Numbered from the stretch's first letter, positions 51,686 to 62,769 are shown. The stretch: 64,000 nucleotides of DNA from Alphaproteobacteria bacterium (GCA_039808985.1 JBDHUC010000001.1:76038-140037); one strand, 5' to 3'. Notes: generated from the letters alone by a model not told the origin. Made by a program: numbers and translations.

Positions 51686-53230
51686 ATGTTGGAAGCAATT
51701 ACAGATTTCTGGAAGCCGGTAAAGAAAACAGCACAGGCAGCTAAACTCAAGCTGACTGACATGCAGATCGGCAGCATTGTAACTTTTGGTTATGTTCCTC
51801 AGGCAGCGTTAAGCGGCAAAAAACTCACAGTAAGCTCTATAAACAGCTATCAGTTCGGCCAGGATGTACTTACTTCCTTTGTTTTAAATAATGAAAAAGA
51901 CGGCATGATCTCGGTGATAATTGCGGAAGCGCAGGGCGAGCAATATCTTGCTATTTCCCGCCGCATCTCTGAAAGCGAGCGTTCCCGGCTATTTGATGAG
52001 GATTCCATAAAAGAAGTAACTTCTAACAACGAAGTTTCAACATTCAAATGCAAAGATAACATACCGGAGCTTAAGGGCTGGCTGGTTTCCAATTACAAAC
52101 GTGAAATCCAGGGCATGCGCGGCTTCCTGCATAAGGCTGATTTTCGCAATGGAAATACTGGCTCGCATTCAGGTGCTGAATTCAGCTATACTTTGCTTGG
52201 CAGCAACAGTAACGAACATGCCATCGAGATAGAATCCTACAAAGACGGGCATATGGATATTTATGCAACAATTTACCGCCGTACCAGCGATATAACCGAT
52301 GTAACCAATAATGATGACAAAACACAAAAGTCAGATGTTAAGCTGGTAAGCAAAAATGAGGAGTTGCCCGTTAAGGCTCCTGAACCAGCTAAATCTGCAC
52401 AGCAGCCGGTAATTAATATACCTGATACCACTGAAAAACCAGTAGAGGCCGCAAAACCAGAGAAAAATACGCCAAAGCTTGATAATGGTTCGGAAATCAC
52501 TCTAAAATCAGATAAGCCGGAACCGCCCAAGCTAGCATCTTCCGCTTCAGAACCTGTAAAGCTTGAATCCGTTGCGCTGCCGCAGATGGTAGCAACACCG
52601 CTTGCGCCGGAGCTTGAAAAACCAAAAGCTGAAGAAATAAAGCAGGAGCCTGAAGCTGTAAAAGTTGAGCCGGTCAAGGCTGAACCTGCCAAAGAAGAAA
52701 TTTCCAGGAAGGAAGAAGTTAAAGCACAAGAGCCTGAAACTAAAAAACCTACAATAACTGAGCCAGAACCAATTAAAAACAATGAGGAGAAAAAAATCAT
52801 GAGTACGGCCACAACAATGGGAAATGATATAAAGCCAGCGGGAACTAATGGCACGGCCCCTGCCGACCCGTCTGCAAAGAATTTCGGAAATTATAATAAG
52901 GACTATAATAATAAACAGGAGATTAAAGCCGTGAATAAAATAACAAATGGTATGGATAATGAATCCGTAGAGTGCGACCTGCGTGTTGCCAACCAGTTAA
53001 TTGATGAAGCAATCCGCAATGAAATGCGCTTATCAGATGTCGTGCGCCGCATTATAGAGCTTCCGGTTGCCCATCAGGAAGCAGTACATATTCCTATCAA
53101 CCTGGCCGATGAAGATTATTCGCTTCTGGCTATACGTTATGGCATACCATCAACCGATCGCAATGCTATAAAGCTTCGCATCATTCAGGATCTGGGCGAT
53201 TTTTCAGGAAACAAGAAGAAAGCCTCTTAG
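51686..53230 (+). CDS. multidomain hypothetical protein (DUF2491/YjfK-like N-terminus, Pro/Glu/Lys linker, small C-terminal domain)
   Basis: 514-aa ORF; domain calls from memory of motif patterns. Confidence 0.7.
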   Translation: MLEAITDFWKPVKKTAQAAKLKLTDMQIGSIVTFGYVPQAALSGKKLTVSSINSYQFGQDVLTSFVLNNEKDGMISVIIAEAQGEQYLAISRRISESERSRLFDEDSIKEVTSNNEVSTFKCKDNIPELKGWLVSNYKREIQGMRGFLHKADFRNGNTGSHSGAEFSYTLLGSNSNEHAIEIESYKDGHMDIYATIYRRTSDITDVTNNDDKTQKSDVKLVSKNEELPVKAPEPAKSAQQPVINIPDTTEKPVEAAKPEKNTPKLDNGSEITLKSDKPEPPKLASSASEPVKLESVALPQMVATPLAPELEKPKAEEIKQEPEAVKVEPVKAEPAKEEISRKEEVKAQEPETKKPTITEPEPIKNNEEKKIMSTATTMGNDIKPAGTNGTAPADPSAKNFGNYNKDYNNKQEIKAVNKITNGMDNESVECDLRVANQLIDEAIRNEMRLSDVVRRIIELPVAHQEAVHIPINLADEDYSLLAIRYGIPSTDRNAIKLRIIQDLGDFSGNKKKAS

Positions 53231-53233
53231 TAT

Positions 53234-53295
53234 CAGATGACGGATGACAGACGGCAGATGACAAGCTGTCATCCGTAATCCGTTATCCGTCATCC
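53234..53295. repeat. 7-nt periodic inverted-repeat element between convergent genes
   Basis: cagatga-cggatga-cagacgg-cagatga ... tcatccg-taatccg-ttatccg-tcatcca. Confidence 0.85.
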
Positions 53296-53298
53296 AAT

Positions 53299-53811
53299 TT
53301 ATTTCGGGCCAACCAGCATTGAGATTTGCTTGCCTTCTATGCGCGGCGACTGCTCTATTTTAGCGTGCTCAGCAAGAGCTGCCTGGACCTGGTTTATAAC
53401 CTTCATCCCGATCTCGGAATGATCCATTTCGCGCCCACGGAAGCGCAGGGTAATACGTACCTTATCACCTTCTTCAAGGAAGGCCAGTGTATTACGCATC
53501 TTAATGTCGAGGTCATGCTTGTCGATCATAGGGCGGAGCTTGATTTCCTTCACCACCACTACTTTCTGCTTTTTGCGCGCTTCGTGAGCTTTCTTTTGAA
53601 TTTCGTAACGGTATTTACCGTAATCAAGAATTTTGCATACCGGAGGGGAAGCAGTTGGAGATATTTCTACCAGATCCAAGCCCGCTTTTTCGGCAAGCGC
53701 TATACCTTCGTTGACTGTAACAACGCCAACCATATTGCCATTTTGATCTACTAAGCGGATTGATTGTGAGGTGATTTCGCGATTTACGCGTGGTTCTTCG
53801 GGGCGGCTCAT
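53299..53811 (-). CDS. infC: translation initiation factor IF-3
   Basis: RVNREI, GLDLVEI, PPVCKILDYGK, KEIKLRP, RFRGRE. Confidence 0.96.
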   Translation of the reverse strand: MSRPEEPRVNREITSQSIRLVDQNGNMVGVVTVNEGIALAEKAGLDLVEISPTASPPVCKILDYGKYRYEIQKKAHEARKKQKVVVVKEIKLRPMIDKHDLDIKMRNTLAFLEEGDKVRITLRFRGREMDHSEIGMKVINQVQAALAEHAKIEQSPRIEGKQISMLVGPK

Positions 53812-53848
53812 GCTAAGCCTACTAACAGTTTAATCAAACAGTCCTCCT
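53808..53848 (-). promoter_or_regulatory. AGGAGG + TTG/ATT-initiated uORF whose stop overlaps the infC ATG
   Basis: aggagg-actgt-TTG ATT AAA CTG TTA GTA GGC TTA GCA TGA. Confidence 0.6.
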
Positions 53849-54058
53849 ATAAAAATTAACAATACCATATATATGGGCAAACAAAACTATAGCGCAAAGA
53901 TATTAAAAATCCATTGCGAATATCTGTAGATAGCTCAAATCCGCAGAAAATCAAGGCATAAATGGCAATATCGCATCTATGGCCCGTATTTTTGATGGCT
54001 TAACAGTCTACTTTCATGTTATATCAGTGCTATATATCTCCATCCTCCAGGCCAACTA

Positions 54059-54844
54059 ATGCCCAATATTAGCACCCCCACCTGCAAAACTGGCTTCACA
54101 CTAATAGAGCTAGCTATAGTCATGGTTATTATCGGCTTGGTTGTAGGCGGAATCATGATTGGTAAGGAGTTGATAAGGGCGGCAGAAATCCGTGCTTCAA
54201 TCAGCCAGGTCGAGCAGATAAAAACTGCCATAAACACATTCAAGGTTAAATATAATTGCCTTCCTGGCGATTGTACCTATGCAACAAATCTATTCGGCAC
54301 CGATTCAAACGGATGCCCCGCTGGCGGTGGCACCGGGACCTGCAATGGCGATGGCAATGAAAAGATTTCTGATATTAGCTACACCGACAACGGGCAGGAA
54401 GTTTACCGCCTGTGGCAACAGCTAGGTTCCGGTTACGCCGACCTTATACCAGGTAAATATACAGGAGTTTACACCAGTGCAGCTTTTAAATTCAGACCAA
54501 ACGCCGGTGTAAATGCGCCTATTAACAAACTTTTTCCTAATGGAGTTATGCGTTTATACAATCTCGATAATTATGCAGGAGGCAGCAATTTTTTTGCCGC
54601 AAATTATAAACATATACTGGAATTCTGGGGTAACAGCACCGTTATAACCCCATCAGTTACTCCATCAGAGGCACTTTCTATTGATACAAAATATGACGAT
54701 GGGATGCCTGGATATGGAAATATAATGAGTTACAGGAACACTATTCTCCCTAATTGCCTTACAACCAACTCTGTTATCACTGCAAAATATGACATCAGCT
54801 ACGCGGCCATAAATTGCAGCGTGTTTTTCAAGATGGGGTTTTAA
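54059..54844 (+). CDS. prepilin-type (pseudopilin) protein
   Basis: [11 protein letters not shown]-methylation motif, [14 protein letters not shown]. Confidence 0.88.
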   Translation: MPNISTPTCKTGFTLIELAIVMVIIGLVVGGIMIGKELIRAAEIRASISQVEQIKTAINTFKVKYNCLPGDCTYATNLFGTDSNGCPAGGGTGTCNGDGNEKISDISYTDNGQEVYRLWQQLGSGYADLIPGKYTGVYTSAAFKFRPNAGVNAPINKLFPNGVMRLYNLDNYAGGSNFFAANYKHILEFWGNSTVITPSVTPSEALSIDTKYDDGMPGYGNIMSYRNTILPNCLTTNSVITAKYDISYAAINCSVFFKMGF

Positions 54845-56754
54845 GCCGGAACTTCTGCCTCAGCGAGCAGTAGTTTTTTAGCTTCGGCAAAGCTCATATT
54901 TTCCTGTTTTTCTGAGCCGAGCCTACGGATGGAAACGCTGGCGCTTTCCTGCTCTTTTGCGCCGACCACAAACATTACAGGTACTTTCTGCAAACTATGC
55001 TCACGCACTTTGTAATTTATTTTGTTGTTGGAAATATCAAGCTGGGCGCGGACTCCTGATTGTTTCAATTCATCGCAGAGTTTCTGGGCGTATTCGTCTG
55101 CTGCTTCGGTGATAGTTGCCACCACCACCTGCACAGGTGCAAGCCACAGCGGGAATTTGCCTGAATGCTCCTCAATCAAAATGCCGATGAAGCGTTCCAG
55201 CGAGCCGAGTATAGCGCGGTGCAGCATCACCGGGCGTTTTTTGCTTCCGTCCGGCGCTACATAATTAGCGTCAAGGCGTTCAGGCAGCACAAAATCCACT
55301 TGCAGGGTGCCGCATTGCCAATCGCGCCCGATGGCGTCACGCAGCACAAATTCCAGCTTAGGGCCATAAAACGCGCCCTCGCCAGAGTTCAACGTCCATT
55401 CCAGCCCGGCAGCGTTTACTGCTTCTTTCAGGGCGTTTTCGGCTTTGTCCCATGTTTCATCAGTTCCGGCGCGCTTGGCGGGGCGGTCGGAGAATTTCAC
55501 ATTTACCTGGGTGAAGCCAAAGGTTTTATATACGTCTTTAAGCAGGTCGCAGAAAGCAACTGTTTCTGAGGTGATCTGGTCTTCGGTGCAGAATATATGC
55601 GCGTCATCCTGCACAAAGCCACGAATACGCATTATCCCATGCAAACTGCCGGATGGTTCATTGCGGTGGCAAGTGCCGAATTCCGCCATACGCAGCGGCA
55701 GGTCACGGTAGCTCTTTAGTCCCTGACGGAAAATCTGCACATGGCAAGGGCAGTTCATCGGCTTTACCGCCATTGTGCGCTCTTCATCAGAGTTGCTTAC
55801 GAACATGTTTTCGTGGAATTTTTCCCAATGCCCGCTGGCTTCCCACAGGCTGCGGTCAACCAGTATCGGGGTTTTTACTTCGATATAGCCGTTTTTCCTG
55901 ATTTTAGTGCGGATATAATTTTCAATGATGCGGAAAATCGTCCAGCCTTTGTCATGCCAGAATACCATGCCCGGTGTGTGTTCTTCAATGTGGAAAAGTT
56001 CAAGCTCTTTACCGAGTTTGCGGTGGTCGCGCTTTTCCGCTTCTTCGAGCATGGTCAGGTAATTTTTCAGGTCTTTCTCGGAAGCCCAGGCTGTGCCGTA
56101 AACCCGCTGTAACATTTCATTGTTGGAATTGCCGCGCCAGTATGCGCCTGCTACTTTAAGCAGCTTGAAACCTGTGCCGATCTTGGCAGTGCTTTCCGCG
56201 TGAGGCCCACGGCAGAGGTCAATAAAATTGCCTTGTCTGTATAAGGATATTTTCTGTTCGGCAGGAATTGCGCCGATGATTTCTGCTTTGTAATCCTCAC
56301 CGATTGATTTGAAGAATTTTACTGCTTCATCCCTGTCCCATTCCTCACGGCGGATTGGCTCACCACGCGCCACAATCTCACGCATACGCTTTTCAATCGC
56401 CTCTAAATCATTGCTGGAAAACGGGGTAGGGCGGGAAAAATCATAATAAAAGCCGTTATCGATGGCAGGGCCAATGGTAACTTGCGTTTCCGGGAATAAT
56501 TCTTTTACTGCCTCTGCCAGTATATGCGCTGTATCATGACGGATAAGCTCCAGCCCATCTGCATCTTTGGCGGTGATTATCTGCACCTTGGCATCATGCT
56601 CAATCGGCAGGTAAATGTCTTTTAACTCACCATCCACCCGCACACATAAAGCAGCTTTGGCAAGCCCTGCGCCAATGGACGCGGCAAGCTCTTCACCGGT
56701 TACGGCATTTGCAAATTCTCGTTTTGAACCATCAGGAAGGGTGATTATGGGCAT
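54841..56754 (-). CDS. thrS: threonine--tRNA ligase
   Basis: TGS domain, [32 protein letters not shown]. Confidence 0.97.
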   Translation of the reverse strand: MPIITLPDGSKREFANAVTGEELAASIGAGLAKAALCVRVDGELKDIYLPIEHDAKVQIITAKDADGLELIRHDTAHILAEAVKELFPETQVTIGPAIDNGFYYDFSRPTPFSSNDLEAIEKRMREIVARGEPIRREEWDRDEAVKFFKSIGEDYKAEIIGAIPAEQKISLYRQGNFIDLCRGPHAESTAKIGTGFKLLKVAGAYWRGNSNNEMLQRVYGTAWASEKDLKNYLTMLEEAEKRDHRKLGKELELFHIEEHTPGMVFWHDKGWTIFRIIENYIRTKIRKNGYIEVKTPILVDRSLWEASGHWEKFHENMFVSNSDEERTMAVKPMNCPCHVQIFRQGLKSYRDLPLRMAEFGTCHRNEPSGSLHGIMRIRGFVQDDAHIFCTEDQITSETVAFCDLLKDVYKTFGFTQVNVKFSDRPAKRAGTDETWDKAENALKEAVNAAGLEWTLNSGEGAFYGPKLEFVLRDAIGRDWQCGTLQVDFVLPERLDANYVAPDGSKKRPVMLHRAILGSLERFIGILIEEHSGKFPLWLAPVQVVVATITEAADEYAQKLCDELKQSGVRAQLDISNNKINYKVREHSLQKVPVMFVVGAKEQESASVSIRRLGSEKQENMSFAEAKKLLLAEAEVPA

Positions 56755-56757
56755 AGT
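56722..56757. repeat. 36-bp direct repeat copy A (thrS start)
   Basis: 35/36 identical to 59252..59287. Confidence 0.95.
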
Positions 56758-56762
56758 CTTTG

Positions 56763-56797
56763 GTTATTTGTGGTTAGTAATTAGTGGTTAGTTATAA
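56763..56797. repeat. single heptamer arm upstream of thrS
   Basis: gttattt-gtggtta-gtaatta-gtggtta-gttataa. Confidence 0.7.
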
Positions 56798-56815
56798 GGA
56801 AAATTTAGGCGGTGT

Positions 56816-59284
56816 CTAGTGTTCAGTATTATTTTTACCTTTGCAGGGATACCTTGAACTATCAATACAGCCAAACCAGAATGGCGTGGCTTTTGCCCAT
56901 GTTGTATAGCCATACCGTTTATGTAGTATTTTGTATGCTTTATGGGAATAATCAGCATGTGAACCATTGCTGGCACAACCATAACGGGTGGTCCTTATTG
57001 CATTGGATAAATCAGAAGCTATCTGGTTGTTGTCATTTTCCGAATTCCAGAATTTCCAACGCTCTATATTAGCACGTGCTATTATAGAGCGGCTTAGATA
57101 TTCCGGCCCGGATTTAAGTTCTTCAAGCTGCTCAAGTTCATTTTTGTTCATTACGCTACGATATGGATGCTGTTCCATGAGCACCTTTTGCTTTTCAATA
57201 TATGGCTCGATTTCCTTGTGAATATCAACACCATCTATTAAAGTTTTTCTTAGCCCCCAGCTTATATCCGGCGGCCTTATGCGCGCCGCTTCAAAAATAC
57301 CGTCCTCAATGTTTTTTTCATCCACCTTACACCACCAGTTATTATCATTGTGGTTATAGGTGTCTATTTTTGACATATCTTCAACAACGCCGTTACCGGA
57401 ATTATTAGTCACCACATATTCCAGATATGGATTTGGCCGGAATCTTGGCGAGCGCACTAAAAACTCGATAAATTTATACCTGTCGTTGCTGGCCGCAGCC
57501 GTCAGCAATTCCTGCCGTACCGGTGGGTTAAGTTTAGCAGCAAGCTTTGCGTACGTATCAAATTTATCTTTATCAAATCCAAGCAGAAAAGCACGGGTTA
57601 CAGCAGCCCTTGCAAATAAAGGTCGTTCCAGTGGCAAAGTTTCTTCGCTATTTGCCAGATTATAAAGCTCTTGCGTGGAAACTGCATCAACCATCTTCTT
57701 CCATAATTCCGGAGAATTTGTATTTTCCCAAGAATTAGGGTTATGATTTCGGTTTATTTTTACCACTTCATCCCAACTTGTTGCAAGCAATGTCCTCCAA
57801 TGCTGGAATTTATCTGGATAGATTTTTAGTATTGCCGCAAGTTGCGCCCTTGCTTCATCCACCTTGCCAGTATACACGAGCCAGCGCAGGGATTTTTGCA
57901 GTATGGCTATACCCATATCATTCCTGCTTGAATATGGAGAGTCCATTTCCAATTCCAAGCCGCTGTAATCAACATGCTGTTCAACAAGATTCAAAGCTTC
58001 CTTATATTCCTCCCGCCCTAGGTGGATTCGTATTGCCTGCTCCCACATATCGAGCAGCCAATAACGGTATTCCTGTGTTTCGTTTTTCCAGGCACGGTTG
58101 AAATATGGCTCTGATTCTTTCAATATATTGCCTGCTAGTTCATCTTCAGGATGCGCGCGGCGGGCTGCAATTTGCAGCCACTCAAGCCCATCTCCATTTT
58201 TCCAGCGCTGCCATGCGTGGGTAACTATGTTACGATTTTGCTCCCAATAAGGGTTGCTTGCAATATGCAGAGCAAATAGCCAGTCAGTATCGAAAATATT
58301 ATAAGCCCACTTTGCCTGCATCCAGTCCACCAGTTCATTCTTTGGTGCAAGCGCTTCTACAGCTTTCATCCTGCCTGAAGAAACAGGAATATCTCTCAGC
58401 CACCAGTCCACTGTTTTTGATTCGCCGTCATAAACCGGGAAATAAGTATTTAATTGCTCCATCGCATCCGAATAATCATTAAAGCTCTGCTTAAGATTTA
58501 CCGCCTTTTCTGGTGTTACTTTTATAGTTTTCAGCAACCAGTTTAAATGCTTTTCTGGATCAGGAGCGCCATACCAGCCCATGATGAATTTATAGTTAGC
58601 GGTAATATCATGGACGGATTTCAGGCTATCATCAGCGAGTACAACATCTATAAGGTTATAAGCCTCAGCTTCACCGCCTAGTTTAACCATCGTCCTAAGT
58701 GACATATATGCTGCCATGGGACGTATAGGCGCATCATACATATGCACAATTTTTTTATATATCTGCATGGCATCTATAAAATCACCGCGATAAAAATGCT
58801 GGGAGGCTTTCTGGTACAGAAAATCGCTTTCAGCACGCTTAGGCAATTCGCCTTTTGGTTCCACTAAATCAACAGGATTATTCTGGCGGAAATCGCACGC
58901 AGAAAAAACCCTATCCTGGTTTTCAGCCCATATTTTCTGGTATGGGGTTTCCTTGCCTAATTCAGCTCGTATCTGCTCAAGGACTTTAATAGCACTGTCA
59001 TATTGGCAATTTCCTATACTCCAGTTTGCTGATGGCGGAGCTACGGCTTTAATATCCATCCCAATAAGCAGTTTATTCCATATTTTTACCTTTTGCTGGC
59101 CAGAATCATAATCGTAACTATCCCTGCGCTGGTAAAACAAACCTGGTTTATCAGAAAAAAATTCTTCCGTAATTAACGATGGTCTTTTGCTTTCTTCAGC
59201 AAAAACAATATTTGGCAAAAGAAGGATTATAAGCAATAGGATAGAATGCCATTTTAAACCATCAGGAAGGGTGATTATGGGCAT
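56816..59284 (-). CDS. large secreted helical (TPR-like) hypothetical protein starting with the ThrS N-terminus
   Basis: 822 aa; MPIITLPDG then signal peptide; C-terminal TRYGC...LHKRY...WAKATPFW. Confidence 0.8.
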   Translation of the reverse strand: MPIITLPDGLKWHSILLLIILLLPNIVFAEESKRPSLITEEFFSDKPGLFYQRRDSYDYDSGQQKVKIWNKLLIGMDIKAVAPPSANWSIGNCQYDSAIKVLEQIRAELGKETPYQKIWAENQDRVFSACDFRQNNPVDLVEPKGELPKRAESDFLYQKASQHFYRGDFIDAMQIYKKIVHMYDAPIRPMAAYMSLRTMVKLGGEAEAYNLIDVVLADDSLKSVHDITANYKFIMGWYGAPDPEKHLNWLLKTIKVTPEKAVNLKQSFNDYSDAMEQLNTYFPVYDGESKTVDWWLRDIPVSSGRMKAVEALAPKNELVDWMQAKWAYNIFDTDWLFALHIASNPYWEQNRNIVTHAWQRWKNGDGLEWLQIAARRAHPEDELAGNILKESEPYFNRAWKNETQEYRYWLLDMWEQAIRIHLGREEYKEALNLVEQHVDYSGLELEMDSPYSSRNDMGIAILQKSLRWLVYTGKVDEARAQLAAILKIYPDKFQHWRTLLATSWDEVVKINRNHNPNSWENTNSPELWKKMVDAVSTQELYNLANSEETLPLERPLFARAAVTRAFLLGFDKDKFDTYAKLAAKLNPPVRQELLTAAASNDRYKFIEFLVRSPRFRPNPYLEYVVTNNSGNGVVEDMSKIDTYNHNDNNWWCKVDEKNIEDGIFEAARIRPPDISWGLRKTLIDGVDIHKEIEPYIEKQKVLMEQHPYRSVMNKNELEQLEELKSGPEYLSRSIIARANIERWKFWNSENDNNQIASDLSNAIRTTRYGCASNGSHADYSHKAYKILHKRYGYTTWAKATPFWFGCIDSSRYPCKGKNNTEH

Positions 59285-59287
59285 AGT
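59252..59287. repeat. 36-bp direct repeat copy B
   Basis: duplicate of the first 11 thrS codons plus 3 upstream nt. Confidence 0.95.
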
Positions 59288-59288
59288 T

Positions 59289-59398
59289 GTATTTTGTGGA
59301 TGGTGAATTGTTATTGGTGATTAGTGAGCCGTTATTTATAATGAAAATTACTGATATGTCCACTACTCACTATCCACTAATCGCTAACCACAAGTTAC
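59289..59398. repeat. 7-nt periodic inverted-repeat element
   Basis: seven GT-starting heptamers, then tgtccac-tactcac-tatccac-taatcgc-taaccac-aagttac. Confidence 0.8.
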
Positions 59399-59402
59399 TG
59401 AT

Positions 59403-61178
59403 TCAATACCCACGTTCCTCTGGCGGGAAGGACAGGGTCTTTTCAGAATTTTCAAGGCGTACGGGTCGGGTAGAGTGCTGGGTTTTTCCATTTTCATCAA
59501 GCAGAACCAGGCTATGCGCCAGCCAGTTTTCGTCATCCCGCCTGGGGAAATCTGCACGAAAATGCGCGCCGCGGCTTTCCGTGCGGTTTAATGCTGAGGT
59601 CAGTGTAACCAGCGCAAGGCGCAGGAGATTATCGGTTTCCATGGCATCAAGCAGGTCATTATTCCAGACCAGGGATTTGTCAGTTACCTTCATATCGAAA
59701 GCCGCTAAATCCCATAACTTTGCAAGCTTATCAACGCCTTCTTTTAAAATATCATTTGTGCGGAAAATACTACCATGATGCTGCATTATTTTTTGCAATT
59801 CCCTGCGTATTTTATTGGGTGCTGTGCTACCTGCTGCCTGCCTGAATTTTTCAAAACGGGCGAGGGGAGCAGCAAGCATGGAATTGCTAATTATTTTATG
59901 TGAAGTCTGGCGGTTTATTGTTTCAGCAGCCAGCTCTCCTGCTGCCTTGCCAAACACCACCAGCTCCAGCAAGGCATTGCAGCCAAGCCGGTTTGCCCCA
60001 TGAACTGAGGCGCAGGCTGCCTCGCCAATAGCCAGCAGGCCACCCACAATATTTTCGCCGATTACCACCTGGCTTTTTGAATTTGTTGGTATTCCGCCCA
60101 TTGTATAATGCACAGCAGGAAGTATTGGAATTGACTGCTTATGTATATCAATCCTTGCGAAAGTACGGGTAATTTCCTTTATGGAAGGCAATTTGCTGTC
60201 GATAAGCTTCTCTGGCAAATGCTCTAGCCGCAGGTGCAGATGGTCTTTTTTCTCGCCACAACCGCGTCCTTCTAATATTTCCTGCGCCATTGCACGTGAT
60301 ACTACATCACGTGAAGCAAGCTCCATTGAACCTGGAGCGTAACGCTGCATAAAGCGCTCGCCTGTTGCGTTGGTAAGATATGCGCCCTCGCCGCGGGCAC
60401 CCTCGGTTATAAGCACCCCGGTATCATAAAGGCTGGTTGGATGGAACTGGATGAACTCCATATCCTGAAGCGCAATACCGGCGCGAAGTGCCATAGCGTT
60501 TCCATCACCTGTGCATATGGTAGAAGCAGTTGTCGCAGCGTAAACCTGCCCAAACCCACCAGTAGCAAGGATCGTTACATGCGCCTGGAATATATGCAAA
60601 TCCCCGGTTTCCATTTGCCATGCAATTACGCCAAGGCAGTTTCCCTGTTCATCGAAAACCAGATCCAGCGCTGTATATTCGATAAAAAATTCAACATTAT
60701 GGCGCAAAGCCTGGGCATAAAGCGTATGCAGCAGGGAATGCCCGGTACGGTCAGCCACAGCGCAGGCACGGTAAGCTAACCCTCCTTTACCAAAATCTGT
60801 TTTCTGCCCTCCGTAAGCACGCTGATAAATCTGTCCTGATTCATCACGGGTGAAGGGCATACCCATATGCTCAAGCTCAACAATCGCTTCGGGCGCACGC
60901 TCACACATCAGCGCAATCGCATCCTGATCACCAAGCCAGTCAGAGCCGCGGATAGTATCATACATGTGCCATTGCCAGCTATCCTCGCTGCGGTTGCCAA
61001 GCGCAGCGTTTATTCCGCCCTGGGCCGCGACAGTATGGCTGCGGGTAGGCGGCACTTTGGAAACGCAGGCAACCGATAAGCCGCTTTCGCTGGCCGCAAC
61101 TGCTGCGCGAAGCCCGGCTCCCCCAGCCCCAAGAACCAGAACATCATGGGTATGATATATAAAATTATATTGTTCCAT
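59403..61178 (-). CDS. sdhA: succinate dehydrogenase flavoprotein subunit
   Basis: [40 protein letters not shown]; start moved to MEQYN. Confidence 0.9.
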   Translation of the reverse strand: MEQYNFIYHTHDVLVLGAGGAGLRAAVAASESGLSVACVSKVPPTRSHTVAAQGGINAALGNRSEDSWQWHMYDTIRGSDWLGDQDAIALMCERAPEAIVELEHMGMPFTRDESGQIYQRAYGGQKTDFGKGGLAYRACAVADRTGHSLLHTLYAQALRHNVEFFIEYTALDLVFDEQGNCLGVIAWQMETGDLHIFQAHVTILATGGFGQVYAATTASTICTGDGNAMALRAGIALQDMEFIQFHPTSLYDTGVLITEGARGEGAYLTNATGERFMQRYAPGSMELASRDVVSRAMAQEILEGRGCGEKKDHLHLRLEHLPEKLIDSKLPSIKEITRTFARIDIHKQSIPILPAVHYTMGGIPTNSKSQVVIGENIVGGLLAIGEAACASVHGANRLGCNALLELVVFGKAAGELAAETINRQTSHKIISNSMLAAPLARFEKFRQAAGSTAPNKIRRELQKIMQHHGSIFRTNDILKEGVDKLAKLWDLAAFDMKVTDKSLVWNNDLLDAMETDNLLRLALVTLTSALNRTESRGAHFRADFPRRDDENWLAHSLVLLDENGKTQHSTRPVRLENSEKTLSFPPEERGY

Positions 61179-61290
61179 ATTCCGATGATACGATGTTTTT
61201 ACTTGGGATGACAATAAAAGTTATGCTTGTAGAAAATAATGAGTTATGTAAATTGTTACAGTTAATAAACCAATACCTAGGAGAAGTAAT

Positions 61291-61755
61291 ATGGCTGGCA
61301 GCGTTAATAAAGTTATACTGGTTGGTAATCTGGGCCGCGACCCTGAAATACGTACTACCCAGGATGGGCGCGAGATAGCAAATCTCGCTATCGCAACATC
61401 TGAAAGCTGGAAAGATAAAAATACCGGGGAGCGTAAGGAAAAGACTGAATGGCACCGCGTTGCCATATTCAATGATGGACTGGTAAGCGTGGTAAAGAAT
61501 TACCTGAAAAAAGGCGCGAAAGTATATATTGAAGGCCAACTCCAGACCCGTAAATGGACAGATAAAGATAACCAGGAAAAATATTCCACCGAAGTTGTGC
61601 TACAGGGTTTTAACAGCACATTGCATATGCTGGATGGCAAAGGCGGCAGTAGCGAAAGCGCTGGCGGCGGGAATTACAACCAGTCTTATTCACAACCATC
61701 AACGCAAGGCCAGAAAGCTCCGGCTGAGCTTATGGATGACGAAATCCCGTTTTAG
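61291..61755 (+). CDS. ssb: single-stranded DNA-binding protein
   Basis: [24 protein letters not shown] tail. Confidence 0.97.
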   Translation: MAGSVNKVILVGNLGRDPEIRTTQDGREIANLAIATSESWKDKNTGERKEKTEWHRVAIFNDGLVSVVKNYLKKGAKVYIEGQLQTRKWTDKDNQEKYSTEVVLQGFNSTLHMLDGKGGSSESAGGGNYNQSYSQPSTQGQKAPAELMDDEIPF

Positions 61756-61853
61756 TATTACAAATCAATAAACTATTTTTTTAGTTTGTTCTTGTTGCAA
61801 AGTCTATTTATGGTAAAATACTAAGTTATATTAACCAATATAATGGGTTTACC

Positions 61854-62285
61854 ATGCGCATCGGAACTGACTTAGAAGAAGAATTTATTACAGACAAGAC
61901 TGAAAGACTAGAGCGCAGGAAGTTAGGCAAGAAGGCGGGAGAAGCATATAAAATTATTGAACAGATAATGGGTAAGCATCACCTTAAATCAAATCTGCAT
62001 GCGCATCCTGCAAATCAGGGTTTAGTAAGCGGCACAAATTTAGTATTAAAGCCTTCATCAGCTCCAGTTGCTGATAAGGGAAGTGATAGCTATGAAAACA
62101 GCAAAGCGCATTTAACGCCCGTTCAAGATGTACTGAATGAAGCTGGCATATCAAGCAGCATTGTTAAAGATGAGCGCAATAAAATAAATGTACTGCATGT
62201 AGATTTAACACAGCAGGATCTCACTGAAAAACTGGAAAAATCAGCAGAAAGTCTGAATATTAAATTATCTGGTTTCGGACGTTAA
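61854..62285 (+). CDS. hypothetical protein
   Basis: 143-aa hydrophilic ORF. Confidence 0.65.
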   Translation: MRIGTDLEEEFITDKTERLERRKLGKKAGEAYKIIEQIMGKHHLKSNLHAHPANQGLVSGTNLVLKPSSAPVADKGSDSYENSKAHLTPVQDVLNEAGISSSIVKDERNKINVLHVDLTQQDLTEKLEKSAESLNIKLSGFGR

Positions 62286-62294
62286 TTATATTAA

Positions 62295-62768
62295 TTACGC
62301 CTGGTTTATAGCGGATGAGAATTCAGCCACTATTTCCTGATATAGCTTGCGCTTGAATGGAACTATCATTTCCGGCAGTTTTTTAATATCAACCCATTGC
62401 CAATGGGAAAATTCCGGGTGTGCTGTTGCTATGTTAATGTCACTATCATTTCCGGTAAAGCGCAGGCAGAACCATTTTTGCCTCTGGCCACGAAATTTTC
62501 CGCCCCAAAGCTTAGGAACCAGATGATCCGGCAGGTCATAATCATGCCAGCCTTTGCTCTGGGCTATCAATTCGGCCTTATTGGTTCCCACTTCCTCCAT
62601 CATTTCGCGCATTGCCGAGGCAAATGGCTCTTCCCCTTCGTCAATACCACCTTGCGGCATCTGCCATGCTTCAGAAGTACTGTCAATGCGTTTGCCAACA
62701 AATACTTTGCCTTCTGGGTTAAGCAGCATTATGCCGACACATGGGCGATAAGGTAAATGCTCGTACAT
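62295..62768 (-). CDS. rppH: RNA pyrophosphohydrolase
   Basis: YRPCVG, WQMPQGGID Nudix box, GQRQKWF. Confidence 0.94.
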   Translation of the reverse strand: MYEHLPYRPCVGIMLLNPEGKVFVGKRIDSTSEAWQMPQGGIDEGEEPFASAMREMMEEVGTNKAELIAQSKGWHDYDLPDHLVPKLWGGKFRGQRQKWFCLRFTGNDSDINIATAHPEFSHWQWVDIKKLPEMIVPFKRKLYQEIVAEFSSAINQA

Positions 62769-62769
62769 A

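Noticed and set aside
59287-59778. 163-aa ORF
   Set aside because: Reads through the heptamer element and antisense sdhA
59403-61178. L-aspartate oxidase NadB to partner nadA
   Set aside because: It has the covalent-FAD His motif SHTVAAQGG and an SdhA-type C-terminus
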